Position numbers and translations under genes: made by a program
Origin: Candidatus Micrarchaeota archaeon
Lineage (GTDB): Archaea; Micrarchaeota; Micrarchaeia; Anstonellales; Bilamarchaeaceae
NCBI GenBank assembly: GCA_043812915.1
Contig: JBDRLQ010000003.1
Location: 192,102-256,101 of the forward strand
Length of the DNA: 64,000 nt
Direction of reading: 5' to 3'
Part shown: positions 1 to 9,565 of the stretch, in pieces
Numbering within the stretch: the stretch's first letter is position 1
Layout: the number at the start of each line of letters is the position of its first letter
The notes under the pieces: model-generated
Databases searched by the model: none
What the model was told of the DNA's origin: nothing
Seen by the model: the letters and a program-made list of their open reading frames with translations, nothing else

Positions 1-756
1 GAATTTTTCATCATCGGTTCCATACCCTATCCCTGTGAGATAGGTGCCCAAGGCATCAAACCAGACATACTCGATTTGGGTAGGGTCATTTGGGACTGGC
101 ACCCCCCATCCTTTTGCCCGTTTTATTGATCTGGAGATGCTGAAATCCTTCAGACCGCCCCTGATGAAGCTTAGAACCTCATTTTTTCTGCTTTTTGGAA
201 GAATCTGGAGTTTGCCACTCTCGATGAGATCTACCAATTTGTCCTGGTATTTCGAGAGCTTGAAGAAATAATTTTCCTCCTCTACAATCTCCGGTTTTTT
301 GCCATGCTCAGGACAAATCCCCCCTGGCAATTCTGATTCTTCATAGAAGGCCTCGCAACCCACGCAATATAACCCTCTGTATTTTTTCTTGTAAATATCT
401 CCGGATTTATCGCAAAGCGTCCAGAGCCGTTGCACTCCTGGCCAATGCCTTTTTCTATCCGAGGTTCTTCTGAAAGAAGTGAAGTTCAGGTTAATATCAG
501 AGGCCATTTTTTTGAATATTGCAGCGTTATTATCACACAGCTCCGAGGGCGTAATGCCCAGTTTTTCTGCGGCATTTACATTTTTCAGGCTGTTCTCGTC
601 CGCTCCGGTTACAAGTTCCATCTCTTTTCCAAGCATTTTTTGATACCTGGCAATAACATCTGTCTGCACAAATTCCAAGGCATGCCCCAGATGGGGTGCC
701 GCATTCACGTATGGTATAGCGGTAGTTATGTAAAACTTATTTTTTTCATTTTTCAT
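1..756 (-). CDS. metG: Methionyl-tRNA synthetase, N-terminal part (runs off window start)
   Basis: Hand translation from ATG 756: MKNEKNKFYITTAIPYVNAAPHLGHALEF (HIGH-type HLGH), GADENS, Zn knuckle YCVGCEAF...CPEHG, YVWFDAL. Not in ORF track because truncated. Confidence 0.95.
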   Translation of the reverse strand, partial: MKNEKNKFYITTAIPYVNAAPHLGHALEFVQTDVIARYQKMLGKEMELVTGADENSLKNVNAAEKLGITPSELCDNNAAIFKKMASDINLNFTSFRRTSDRKRHWPGVQRLWTLCDKSGDIYKKKYRGLYCVGCEAFYEESELPGGICPEHGKKPEIVEEENYFFKLSKYQDKLVDLIESGKLQILPKSRKNEVLSFIRGGLKDFSISRSIKRAKGWGVPVPNDPTQIEYVWFDALGTYLTGIGYGTDDEKF

Positions 757-848
757 TGGAGCCACCAATTCATCTGCTTTCACTTGAACTATCTTAATCT
801 GTGAATCCTTTAAAAACATTCCAATTGATACATATTTGTGTATTTATT

Positions 849-1427
849 ATGACAGGAAAACTTAATGGCTCAGCAATTTTCATGCGCCTGGGGAATCATA
901 AGCGGGCCGCAAAGCCGAGGCTGGTCAGCGCACTTCAGCTCACATGCCACACTATCGAGGCGGTTGAATCCAGGGTCGCCGAGATGACTGCGGTGGCCGA
1001 CGCATTCTGCGGAAAAGGAATATCGGACTGCGACCTTGCCTCATACGCAGTCCTTTTCAGGGACTCGGAAACTGCCGCTGAAAAGCGTGAGCAGATGATC
1101 GAGCGAATCCGGCAGTTCGGATTCGGGCCATGCAAGGCCGGGAAAATGGCCGATGCGATTGTAACAAGCGCTTCCATGGCCGGAGTGGTCCCTGACATCT
1201 CGAATCTTGACATCCTCTTCACAATGGTTGTTGCCGCCCTGGATAGCAACGTTCCTGGCCGCGCGGTCTGCGAGGCAATCCAGGCGAACGATGGAAATCT
1301 CGCCCTGCGGTGCTTTGCAGTCTCCTGCCTGGAGCGTGCCCGGAGCAGAGGGAATGAGCCTGACATCCGTGAGGATGACCTGGTTTCTCTCCTTTCCTTT
1401 GCGGTTGCAGCCATACAGAAGGCTTAG
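849..1427 (+). CDS. Hypothetical protein (orphan, helical)
   Basis: Long ORF with coding-like composition after an AT-rich promoter region; ATG 849 preferred over GTG 801; no recognised motif. Confidence 0.6.
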   Translation: MTGKLNGSAIFMRLGNHKRAAKPRLVSALQLTCHTIEAVESRVAEMTAVADAFCGKGISDCDLASYAVLFRDSETAAEKREQMIERIRQFGFGPCKAGKMADAIVTSASMAGVVPDISNLDILFTMVVAALDSNVPGRAVCEAIQANDGNLALRCFAVSCLERARSRGNEPDIREDDLVSLLSFAVAAIQKA

Positions 1428-1498
1428 GGGCAGGCTTTTATTGATTCCGCTCTTAATATTTCTAATCAATATTATTCTTATAGGAATGGGGTGGCGAA

Positions 1499-2056
1499 AT
1501 GAGAGGACCCTATGCAAGTCTAGGGAGGATATCCAAGATGAGGAAAGGCCTGGGATTAACGCAGAAGCAGCTTGCGGACCTTTCCGGAGTATCACAATCA
1601 CTGGTTGCTAAAATCGAATCCGGAAAAATCGATCCGGCATATTCAAAGGTGATTCAGATACTATCGGCACTGGAAGGGGCGCAGAAGACGGAGCGGAAAA
1701 GCGCGGAGGAGATAATGACTTCGAGCATTTTCTCCGTGGCGCCTTCCGACACTCTTGAAAAGGCGATAAAGCTGATGCACAAGAACGACATCTCGCAGGT
1801 TCCTGTGCTCGAGTCTGGCAAGTGCGTTGGCAGCCTTTCGGACAGCATGCTTGTGGAGCTGGTCTCTGAAAAGGGCACGAACCTGAAGTCCGTGCTCGTT
1901 GCGGAAGTGATGGTGGAGAGCTTCCCGGTAATCCCTGCCAAATCCGTGATGGATGTGTGCGCGGACCTGCTCAAGCACTACTCGGCGGTGCTGATTGAGA
2001 AAAACGGGAAGCTTGCTGGGATAATTACAAAGGCGGACTTCCTGAAGGCGGTATGA
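1499..2056 (+). CDS. XRE-type HTH transcriptional regulator with CBS domain pair
   Basis: RKGLGLTQKQLADLSGVSQSLVAKIESGKIDP HTH followed by two CBS domains (ISQVPVLE, GIITKADFL). Confidence 0.93.
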   Translation: MRGPYASLGRISKMRKGLGLTQKQLADLSGVSQSLVAKIESGKIDPAYSKVIQILSALEGAQKTERKSAEEIMTSSIFSVAPSDTLEKAIKLMHKNDISQVPVLESGKCVGSLSDSMLVELVSEKGTNLKSVLVAEVMVESFPVIPAKSVMDVCADLLKHYSAVLIEKNGKLAGIITKADFLKAV

Positions 2057-3261
2057 TGCTCACTTTTCTTTCCAAGACCCCTGGCATCGGAGGCACCCTG
2101 AAGAAGGAGCCCGCGGACTTCCTTGTTGAGGAAATCCTGCCGGATGGTACAGTGCTTGAGCTTGACCGAGAAATTATCCTTCCTGATGAAGAAGGGCAGT
2201 TCGTCCATTTCGTGCTGCAGAAGCGCGACTGGGCAACCGCCAATGCCCTCAAGACAATCGCAAAGAAGCTGGGAATCAGCCACAAGCGCATGGGCCAGGC
2301 GGGAACCAAGGACAAGCGCGCGGTGACAACCCAGCGCATATCCGCATTCTCAGTTCCCAAGGACCGGCTGCTCGGAATCCGGATAAAGGACATGAAGGTG
2401 AATGGGGCATGGACCGCGCAGGACAAGGTCAGGCTTGGAGAACTTCTTGGAAACCGTTTCACGATAAAGGTGAGTGATGCCGATGGGGATGTTGTTGGCG
2501 CAGTTGAAAAAATCTCCAAAGAGCTCAATGGAAGGTTTCCCAACTATTTCGGCTCTCAAAGGTTCGGGACGACAAGGAAGAACACACACATCGTTGGGGA
2601 GCATATCCTCCGGAACCGCTTCGACAAGGCTGCAATGGCATTCCTTTCTGATTATGAGGGCGAGGAGCATGAAGGCGCAAGGGAGGCAAGGAAAGGTCTT
2701 GCTGAGGATTTTGATTTCCAGAAAGCGCTGCAGTCATTCCCGAAGCACCTGATGATGGAGCGCTCGATGCTTGCCCACCTGGCGAAAAGCCCCAATGATT
2801 TCGCGAACGCCTTCAGGAAGCTGCCAAGAAGCATACTCCTGCTCTTTGTGCACGCCTTCCAGTCTCATCTTTTCAATAAACTGCTCTCAGAGCGCTTGGA
2901 TGAGATGCAGAAGGATGGCTCGGATGAATTGAGATCAGAGGAAGGGGAATTCTTCTGCGGCGAAAAGCACGGATTGCCGGATTTGGAGAACAAACAGCAG
3001 TCCGGATGGCTGGCGGGAAAGCTAATTGGCTATGAGAGCCGGCCCAATGAGCGCGAGCAGATGCTGCTGGATGAACTGAGAGTCAGGGTGGATGATTTCA
3101 AGGTGAGGGGGATACCGGAAATAGGCTCGAAAGGGGGCTTCAGGACATTCTTCTCCCCGCTAAAGGATTTCACTTTCAATGGGGGCACATTCCGGTTTTC
3201 ATTGGGCTCCGGATGCTATGCCACGATGGCCCTGCGGGAATTCATCGACATCAATAAATAG
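2053..3261 (+). CDS. truD: tRNA pseudouridine(13) synthase
   Basis: DFLVEE, AGTKDKRAVTTQ, GNRFTI, PNYFGSQRFG, FQSHLFN, GCYATMALRE motifs. Confidence 0.97.
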   Translation: MMLTFLSKTPGIGGTLKKEPADFLVEEILPDGTVLELDREIILPDEEGQFVHFVLQKRDWATANALKTIAKKLGISHKRMGQAGTKDKRAVTTQRISAFSVPKDRLLGIRIKDMKVNGAWTAQDKVRLGELLGNRFTIKVSDADGDVVGAVEKISKELNGRFPNYFGSQRFGTTRKNTHIVGEHILRNRFDKAAMAFLSDYEGEEHEGAREARKGLAEDFDFQKALQSFPKHLMMERSMLAHLAKSPNDFANAFRKLPRSILLLFVHAFQSHLFNKLLSERLDEMQKDGSDELRSEEGEFFCGEKHGLPDLENKQQSGWLAGKLIGYESRPNEREQMLLDELRVRVDDFKVRGIPEIGSKGGFRTFFSPLKDFTFNGGTFRFSLGSGCYATMALREFIDINK

Positions 3262-3281
3262 ATTTCAATGGTGATTCAATC

Positions 3282-4361
3282 ATGGAAGAGGAGGGAATAC
3301 GCTTCACCGTCGGGAAAAAGGTTTTCTACAACCCCAACATGAACTTCTGCAGGAGCATGTCCAGCCTGGCTGTCGGCGCGATCGGGGGCGAGCTTGAGCT
3401 GTGCGACGCGTTCTCGGCAAGCGGAATACGGGGGATTAGGTACGCCAAGGAGAATCCCAGCGTGAAATCGGTCACTTTCATTGACATAGATGCCGCGGCC
3501 ATAAGGAATGTGAAGGCCAACGCGAAGAAGAACAATGTGAAATACAAGGCGGTAAGGGAGAACATCTCCAGGGCGGTATTCGACGTCGCCGCGGATTTTC
3601 TTGAAATAGACCCTTTCGGAAGCCCGTCGCCCTACCTGTATGATGCGTTCAGGGTATTCAATCCGTTCAAGAAAGCGTATCTCTCCGTCACAGCCACGGA
3701 TGTGGCGGTCCTCTGCGGGGGGAAGACAAAGCCCTGCCTGAAGAACTATCATTCAACCCCGCTCAACAATGAGTTCACCCACGAGACTGGCATGCGCATA
3801 ATGGTGAAGAAGGTTGCCGAAGTCGCGGCTGAATTCAACATGGGCATCTTCCCCCTGGTTTCCTTCTCGGACCGGCACTACCTCAAGAGCATCATGGAGG
3901 TGCGCCGGGGCGCCGAGCTCGCGCATCTGGCGATGGGTTCCCTGGGTCATATAGATTTCTGCCAGAATTGCGGAAATCGGAACGCGGCAAAGTTTCCGTC
4001 TGAGAAATGCCAGCTGTGCAAAAAGGGCATGGAATATGCGGGCCCCCTATGGCTTGGGGAACTGCAGGACAAGGCATTCATAAGTAGCATGGCCAAGCTT
4101 AATGCGGAAAGGGGCTACAGCCAGAAGCGTGAAATCGCTAAGATGCTCGATTTGCTCGAGCGCGAAGCAGGGCTCCCTCCCTACTATTATAATATCCATA
4201 CGCTCTGCCGGAGATACGGCAACGGGGACATCCCGAAGAGCGAGGAACTGCTCGGTAAAATACGGGGGAAAGGCTATATTGCAGAGAGAACCCACTACTC
4301 CAATGTCTCAGTGAAGACTGATGCCCCCTTTAGGGTGCTTAAATCAATATTCGGAAAGTGA
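3282..4361 (+). CDS. trm1: tRNA (guanine-26-N2)-dimethyltransferase
   Basis: VFYNP, DAFSASGIRGIRY, IDPFGSPSPYL, SVTATD, GPLWLG, RTHY motifs. Confidence 0.96.
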   Translation: MEEEGIRFTVGKKVFYNPNMNFCRSMSSLAVGAIGGELELCDAFSASGIRGIRYAKENPSVKSVTFIDIDAAAIRNVKANAKKNNVKYKAVRENISRAVFDVAADFLEIDPFGSPSPYLYDAFRVFNPFKKAYLSVTATDVAVLCGGKTKPCLKNYHSTPLNNEFTHETGMRIMVKKVAEVAAEFNMGIFPLVSFSDRHYLKSIMEVRRGAELAHLAMGSLGHIDFCQNCGNRNAAKFPSEKCQLCKKGMEYAGPLWLGELQDKAFISSMAKLNAERGYSQKREIAKMLDLLEREAGLPPYYYNIHTLCRRYGNGDIPKSEELLGKIRGKGYIAERTHYSNVSVKTDAPFRVLKSIFGK

Positions 4362-4365
4362 GCGG

Positions 4366-5187
4366 ATGCAGGAGCACATTCTCAAGGGCACGGAAATCAC
4401 GCTGAACAAGAAGGCCGCCATCAGTTCGCCAATCGGCAGCGCAAGCTGCGCGGTCAGGCGCGGCCATGAAGTTTGCGGAGACTCAGCTTTCCTCTATTGC
4501 GATGATGACAATCTCATTTTCGGGGTATTCGACGGGGTCAGCGGCGAGCCTGGCGCTGACAGGGCATCGAGTGCCGCCGCGGCCGAGATCCTAAGGATAC
4601 TCAAGGGTTTAAAATCCCCGGGGGAAAAGGGGATGCGTGAAGCACTTACGGCGGCCCATGCTTCCCTCACCGATGGGTATACTACCGCTCTTGTCGTCTT
4701 CGTTGGTAAGGACGGGAGATTCGTTGCGGCCAGTGTCGGCGATTCCTCCCTCTATAGCATCGACATCAAAGGCAACATCTCGCTCGAAATGCCCCTTGGG
4801 AGGATTGTGAAGGAAGGGGATACCATTTTCCGCTTCATGAAGTTCAGGAACATAGTCAAGTCCGTGATCGGATGGAATGCAGGAGGGATGGAGATCCAGA
4901 TGCAGAGAGGTAAGCTCTCAGCAGGGGAGATCCTGATACTCTCTTCGGATTGCCTTCCGGATAATTTGGAGATTGAAGTCTCGGAATTCAATGTCGAGGA
5001 TGCCAGCGGAACCAGGGACCTCAAGGGAATAATCGGCAGGTCCAGATCCCCGGAAAAGATCCTCGACAAGATATATAAGGAGATCCGCGGGCGCATGTCC
5101 CTGGGGGGCAGGAAGCTGCGCGGCCAATTCATTCTCGAGCCAAAGCTCGATGATCTGGCAATACTCGTATTCAAGTATCTCGGGTGA
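4366..5187 (+). CDS. PP2C/PPM-family protein phosphatase
   Basis: CGDSAF, GVFDGVSG, SVGDSS, LSSDCLPDN, DDLAIL metal-binding motifs; start ATG 4366 just after trm1 stop. Confidence 0.85.
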   Translation: MQEHILKGTEITLNKKAAISSPIGSASCAVRRGHEVCGDSAFLYCDDDNLIFGVFDGVSGEPGADRASSAAAAEILRILKGLKSPGEKGMREALTAAHASLTDGYTTALVVFVGKDGRFVAASVGDSSLYSIDIKGNISLEMPLGRIVKEGDTIFRFMKFRNIVKSVIGWNAGGMEIQMQRGKLSAGEILILSSDCLPDNLEIEVSEFNVEDASGTRDLKGIIGRSRSPEKILDKIYKEIRGRMSLGGRKLRGQFILEPKLDDLAILVFKYLG

Positions 5188-5194
5188 ACCGAAC

Positions 5195-6193
5195 ATGCAG
5201 AAAAATGTGTTATATCTTCTTTGTTTCCTGGGTCTGGCACTGATCTTCATGCCTGGCTGCGCTGGCCCTGCCCAACTTGGCAGCGGTGATTCTAGCATCG
5301 CAATCCAGGAAGAGCAATCTGTTTCGCACGAAGGCGCCTGGGGAATATATTCGCTGGATTTGTCAAGCGGGCAAACCCGCCTCGTCTTCTCCAGCGATGA
5401 TCCGATTGCCCATCTCTCGATGGATCCTACAGGTAATAGGCTTGCCTTCTCCCAGCGTATTGGGGCTGATGCGGATGACAATGAGGAGATATGCGTCATC
5501 GGCATAGACGGCTCATCATATAATAGGCTTACGGACAATGATGTGCTTGATACGTATCCGTCCTGGTCCCCGGACGGCTCAAGGCTCGCGTTTCTACGCT
5601 GGGTCAATTCCTCGCTCGATATTTTCGTAATGGATTCCGATGGCCGGAACCCAAGGCTCCTGTACGGCTCAGATTATCATGATGCGGACGTCGATTGGGG
5701 GATCGGGGCGATCGCATTCACCAGGGAGAGCCAGGTCTGGGTGATGGGCGAGGATGGTGGCGGCGAGCGCCGATTGACAAGTCCTCCGAGAGCTGGCGAA
5801 TGGGGGAAAGCCAACCTGCCTTTCGGGGATTACGACCCGCGGATCAGCCCTGACGGGTCGAAGGTGGTCTTCGAGCGCCTGCTGGGCGATGATTCCCCCC
5901 ATGGCAACTATGATATATTCATAATCAATACGGATGGAAGCGGCGAGCATGCCCTCACGGATTCGGGCTACAGCCAGGGGCTTCCTGAATGGTCCAATGA
6001 CGGGAGCAAGATCGCATATATAGTCGCTGCAATGGGAAATGCCGGAAAATACAGGATATACGCCATAGATTCTCTCGGGAGGAACATTGCCGATATCACA
6101 CCGGGATACTTCCCGGCGGGATTCCTCTGCCATTCCGTGGTGTTCTCCAATGACGACTCGGAGGTATATTTTATTGGCCAATGGTGGGAGTGA
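5195..6193 (+). CDS. Secreted/lipoprotein TolB-like beta-propeller (PD40 repeats)
   Basis: Signal peptide with Cys (MPGC); repeated PSWSPDGSRLAF / PRISPDGSKVVF / PEWSNDGSKIAY. Confidence 0.9.
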   Translation: MQKNVLYLLCFLGLALIFMPGCAGPAQLGSGDSSIAIQEEQSVSHEGAWGIYSLDLSSGQTRLVFSSDDPIAHLSMDPTGNRLAFSQRIGADADDNEEICVIGIDGSSYNRLTDNDVLDTYPSWSPDGSRLAFLRWVNSSLDIFVMDSDGRNPRLLYGSDYHDADVDWGIGAIAFTRESQVWVMGEDGGGERRLTSPPRAGEWGKANLPFGDYDPRISPDGSKVVFERLLGDDSPHGNYDIFIINTDGSGEHALTDSGYSQGLPEWSNDGSKIAYIVAAMGNAGKYRIYAIDSLGRNIADITPGYFPAGFLCHSVVFSNDDSEVYFIGQWWE

Positions 6194-6265
6194 GCCTGGT
6201 ATAGCTATAAATATGTTTTCATACACATTTCTACCTGCTTCTATTTGTATCTAAAGGTGATTATT

Positions 6266-7468
6266 TTGAACGAGGGTGGAAGCGTTCCGACGCCAAACGA
6301 GAATATACCAACGCCAGCAGAGACCGAGCCAGAGCCAGCACCGCAGCCGTCCCGAGAGCCAGCCCCTGATTCGGAGCCAGTCCGTACTGTGCAGGAGAGG
6401 AAGTTCGTGGAAGAGGCAACGCCCAAATCCAGCGACGATGAGGATATACTCAAGTTCATAGAGCAGACCGAGCAGAAGATTTACGTAGTCGGGGCAGGTG
6501 GAAGCGGTGGAAACACCCTGGACAGGCTATTCCAGATGGGTACGCAGGGCGTGTCTCTGATAGCCATGAACACTGATGCCAAGCACCTTCTCAAAGTGAG
6601 GTCAAACAAGAAGGTCATCCTGGGCAGGAAAGTGAGCGGCGGAAGGGGCGCTGGAAGCAATCCCCTAGTCGGGGAGGAATCCGCCAAGGAATCTATAGAG
6701 GAAATAAAGAAGAGCCTTGATGGCGCATCACTTGTATTCGTAACCTGCGGCCTGGGTGGCGGAACCGGAACCGGAAGCGCGCCGATAGTGGCCGAAACCG
6801 CAAAGGCGATGGGCGCTCTCACAGTCGCGGTGGTGACCCTTCCATTCGCTTCAGAGGGAAAAGTGAGGATGGAGAATGCTTTGGCAGGGCTGGACAAGCT
6901 CAAGAAGCACACCGACACGCTCATAGTAATCAAGAATGACAAGCTGCTCAACCTTGTCCCTGACCTTCCGCTGAACACGGCGTTCAAGGTCTGCGACGAG
7001 GTGCTTGCGAGCTCTGTCAAGGGAATCGCGGAACTGGTGACACGCTCTGGAATGATGAATGTGGACTTTGCGGACCTGAGGACGATTCTCAGCGACACCG
7101 GATTCGCGGTAATCGGAGTCGGCGAAGCTTCTCTCGACGCCAAGTCTCAGGATCGGGCAAGGATTGCGGTGGAGACCGCGCTCAATTCCCCCCTGCTTGA
7201 CGCTGACATAAGCACCGCGACCAAGGCGCTTATTAATGTCATCGGAGGAGAGGATATGACGCTCAAGGAGGCCGAATTCGTGGTCTCCGAGACTTCCAAG
7301 AGGATTAACGGCGAGGCGCACATAATCTGGGGTGCCAGGCTGGAAGAGAACATAAAAAAATCTTCCATGCGTGTACTGGTCGTCCTCGCGGGTGTTAGGT
7401 TCCCGAAATACGTCTTCAAGAACCCTGAAGTCGAAGTGGAGAACCTCGATCTGGACATAATAGGATGA
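6266..7468 (+). CDS. ftsZ: Cell division protein FtsZ (FtsZ1 context)
   Basis: VVGAGGSGGN, GLGGGTGTG tubulin motif, NVDFAD; upstream of secE-spt5. TTG start after GGTGA SD is inferred. Confidence 0.97.
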   Translation: MNEGGSVPTPNENIPTPAETEPEPAPQPSREPAPDSEPVRTVQERKFVEEATPKSSDDEDILKFIEQTEQKIYVVGAGGSGGNTLDRLFQMGTQGVSLIAMNTDAKHLLKVRSNKKVILGRKVSGGRGAGSNPLVGEESAKESIEEIKKSLDGASLVFVTCGLGGGTGTGSAPIVAETAKAMGALTVAVVTLPFASEGKVRMENALAGLDKLKKHTDTLIVIKNDKLLNLVPDLPLNTAFKVCDEVLASSVKGIAELVTRSGMMNVDFADLRTILSDTGFAVIGVGEASLDAKSQDRARIAVETALNSPLLDADISTATKALINVIGGEDMTLKEAEFVVSETSKRINGEAHIIWGARLEENIKKSSMRVLVVLAGVRFPKYVFKNPEVEVENLDLDIIG

Positions 7469-7478
7469 TGGTGGTTAT

Positions 7479-7640
7479 TTGGAACTGAATGAACTTCTGA
7501 AACGGTGTGTGAGGATACTTCACATCTCCAGGAAGCCTACACCGGCCGAGTACAACAAGGTCGCCAAGGTTACTGCATTGGGAATGGTGGTCTTTGGCGC
7601 AATTGGACTGATAGTATCGGCGGTATTCGGTTTATTCTAA
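7479..7640 (+). CDS. secE: Protein translocase subunit SecE (Sec61 gamma), 53 aa
   Basis: Hand translation (M)ELNELLKRCVRILHISRKPTPAEYNKVAKVTALGMVVFGAIGLIVSAVFGLF; RKP..EY motif plus one TM; canonical ftsZ-secE-spt5 order. Confidence 0.92.
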   Translation: MELNELLKRCVRILHISRKPTPAEYNKVAKVTALGMVVFGAIGLIVSAVFGLF

Positions 7641-7654
7641 ATGAGGTGCTATAT

Positions 7655-8119
7655 TTGATACTGACAATACGTGTGACTTCCGGACAGGAAAAGATGCTTT
7701 CGGAGATACTCACTAAAAAGGCAAGAGCGGAGAAGCTCGATGTTTATTCGGTAGTCCATGTTGAGAATGTGAAGGGCTATCTCTTCGTGGAATGCGCCGA
7801 GGAGAATACCGTCGCCAAGCTCATCCAGAGGGTGAAGCATGTAAAGGGCTTCCTGAAGAAGCCAGTCACCATGGATGAAATCAAGGAGCTCATCAAGGCA
7901 TCCAAGAAGCCGGCGCTCATGGTCGAGGTCGGGGATATGATTGAGATGTCCTCAGGCCCGTTCAAGGGAGAGCGCGCCAAGGTGCTGAAAATTGATGATG
8001 CCAAGGACGAGATTACCGTCGAGCTGACAGAAGTCGCGGTTCCTATACCGGTTACCGTGAAGAGCAAGATGGTAAAGCTCTTCCTGAAAGCGGGGGCAAG
8101 GGACGAGGAAAATTACTAA
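7655..8119 (+). CDS. spt5: Transcription elongation factor Spt5 (NusG)
   Basis: IRVTSGQE, KGYLFVE, KOW GDMIEMSSGPFKGERAKV, VPIPVTV; TTG start after GAGGTG. Confidence 0.95.
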   Translation: MILTIRVTSGQEKMLSEILTKKARAEKLDVYSVVHVENVKGYLFVECAEENTVAKLIQRVKHVKGFLKKPVTMDEIKELIKASKKPALMVEVGDMIEMSSGPFKGERAKVLKIDDAKDEITVELTEVAVPIPVTVKSKMVKLFLKAGARDEENY

Positions 8120-8142
8120 AGCCCCTCTTTTTCCATTTTTCC

Positions 8143-9225
8143 TTATTTGCTTTGTATGAACCTGGTCAGCGGGAAGGGCATCTTAACCTCGTTCTTTCTG
8201 AAAGCATAGAACAATTCCCTGTTTACTTCCTTCCAGACGCCCCATTGGTTCCTGTACCCCTGGACCATGTAGCCGAACTTGAACATAAGGGCAAAATCGC
8301 CATAGGAATCGAACCTTACCCAGTGGGTGTCTTCTTTCAGGTCGCCATTGCTCTTTCCAACCTTCACAAGCACGTCAGTGATTATCTTCTCCACCCTGTC
8401 GATGTCCTCGTTATAGTCCACTCCTATAGTATAGGATACTCCTGTTTCGTCCCTCGGAGTGGAGTAGTTCTTGAGCGTTGAGCCTGCCAGTTTCGAGTTT
8501 GGGACTACTATTTCGTCCTTGCCAGTGGTAATCAGGCGGGTCGTCCTCCATCCAATTTCCTGCACAGTCCCTTCTGTATTGTCGTCCACTTTGATGTAGT
8601 CGAACTGCCTGAAGGGCTTGTCAATAAGTATATGGAGCCCCCCGAAGAAGTTTGCCAGCGTGTCCTGGAGGGCAAGCGCGACCGCAAGGCCTCCGATTCC
8701 AAGCCCTGTTATGATTGCGGTGGTGTCGAATCCTAGCCTCTGCAGGATGAATACCAGGAAAAGGATGTTTATCGCTATCTTGATGACATTCCTCACAAAC
8801 GGGTATACCTGGCTCTCATCCACCTTCCTCTTCCCTGGCCGCAGCTCAAGGCCGTACCATAAGAGCAACGCGTTCGCCAGAGAGCTGAGCAACAGGCCGA
8901 CTACGCCGAGCATCAGTATTATGTATATGTCCAGCTCGCTGAATTTTCCGAACATTATCGAATCCGGAAAAACCACCCTCAGGGATAGGTATAATGCCGT
9001 GAATACCGCGATTGCGGGCAGATACGGCCTTATTGCCTTCACAATCCTGTCATCGAGCGTGGTCTGCGTCCTGCGTACTAAGTATCCTAGCATGCGCAGG
9101 GTAAGCCCCAGCCCCGCCTGGAAGAGCAGTGAAAGAACAATCAAGGCCAAAGCGAAAATGGTAATGTCTCCACCTGGGAGCGCCTGCACTGTTTCTGCGT
9201 AAGGAATGCTGCTGAGCATGGGCAT
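8143..9225 (-). CDS. mscS: Small-conductance mechanosensitive channel (MscS family)
   Basis: GIGGLAVALALQDTLANFFGG, DKPF, EIGWRTTRL, VPNSKL; exact start uncertain (9219/9225/9252). Confidence 0.93.
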   Translation of the reverse strand: MPMLSSIPYAETVQALPGGDITIFALALIVLSLLFQAGLGLTLRMLGYLVRRTQTTLDDRIVKAIRPYLPAIAVFTALYLSLRVVFPDSIMFGKFSELDIYIILMLGVVGLLLSSLANALLLWYGLELRPGKRKVDESQVYPFVRNVIKIAINILFLVFILQRLGFDTTAIITGLGIGGLAVALALQDTLANFFGGLHILIDKPFRQFDYIKVDDNTEGTVQEIGWRTTRLITTGKDEIVVPNSKLAGSTLKNYSTPRDETGVSYTIGVDYNEDIDRVEKIITDVLVKVGKSNGDLKEDTHWVRFDSYGDFALMFKFGYMVQGYRNQWGVWKEVNRELFYAFRKNEVKMPFPLTRFIQSK

Positions 9226-9275
9226 AAGAAGAAACTCAAAATTTTTAAACAATGTCTTCCATTTCTTATTGTCAA

Positions 9276-9389
9276 GCGGTCGTAGTCTAGCGGTAGGATC
9301 TCAGCTTCCCAAGCTGATGACCCGGGTTCGAAAGCCCCGAGAGAGGGAATTGTTTGCCCTTTCCAGGGCCGGTTTCCCCGGCGACCGCA
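9276..9389 (+). tRNA. tRNA-Gly(CCC) with 43-nt intron at position 59/60 (9333-9375)
   Basis: Acceptor GCGGTCG/CGACCGC, anticodon arm TCAGC-TTCCCAA-GCTGA, T stem CCGGG/CCCGG; relaxed BHB TTCG-AA^A-GCCC...GGGC-CGGT-TT^C restores T loop TTCGAAC. Confidence 0.92.
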
Positions 9390-9426
9390 TAATTTCATGA
9401 AAATCTGGGAAAAGGGGGTGAAAAAC

Positions 9427-9525
9427 ATGGCACGGTGCGGATGCTGCGATTCAAAGCCAAAAATAAAAAAGAAAACAACACCAAAAACGAGCGCAAAGAA
9501 AAAAACTTCAAAAAAGAAAAAATAG
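9427..9525 (+). CDS. 32-aa Lys-rich micropeptide with N-terminal CGCC
   Basis: GGGGGTG SD just upstream; MARCGCCDSKPKIKKKTTPKTSAKKKTSKKKK; followed by T-tract. Confidence 0.65.
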   Translation: MARCGCCDSKPKIKKKTTPKTSAKKKTSKKKK

Positions 9526-9534
9526 CGCTCGCTG

Positions 9535-9562
9535 ATTTTTTTTGAATTTTTTTATTGTTTTT
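9535..9562 (+). terminator. T-rich archaeal-type terminator after micropeptide
   Basis: Consecutive T9/T7/T5 tracts just downstream of stop 9525. Confidence 0.5.
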
Positions 9563-9565
9563 GAA

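Noticed and set aside
7505..7654. Long N-terminus on Spt5
   Set aside because: Region encodes SecE in another frame.
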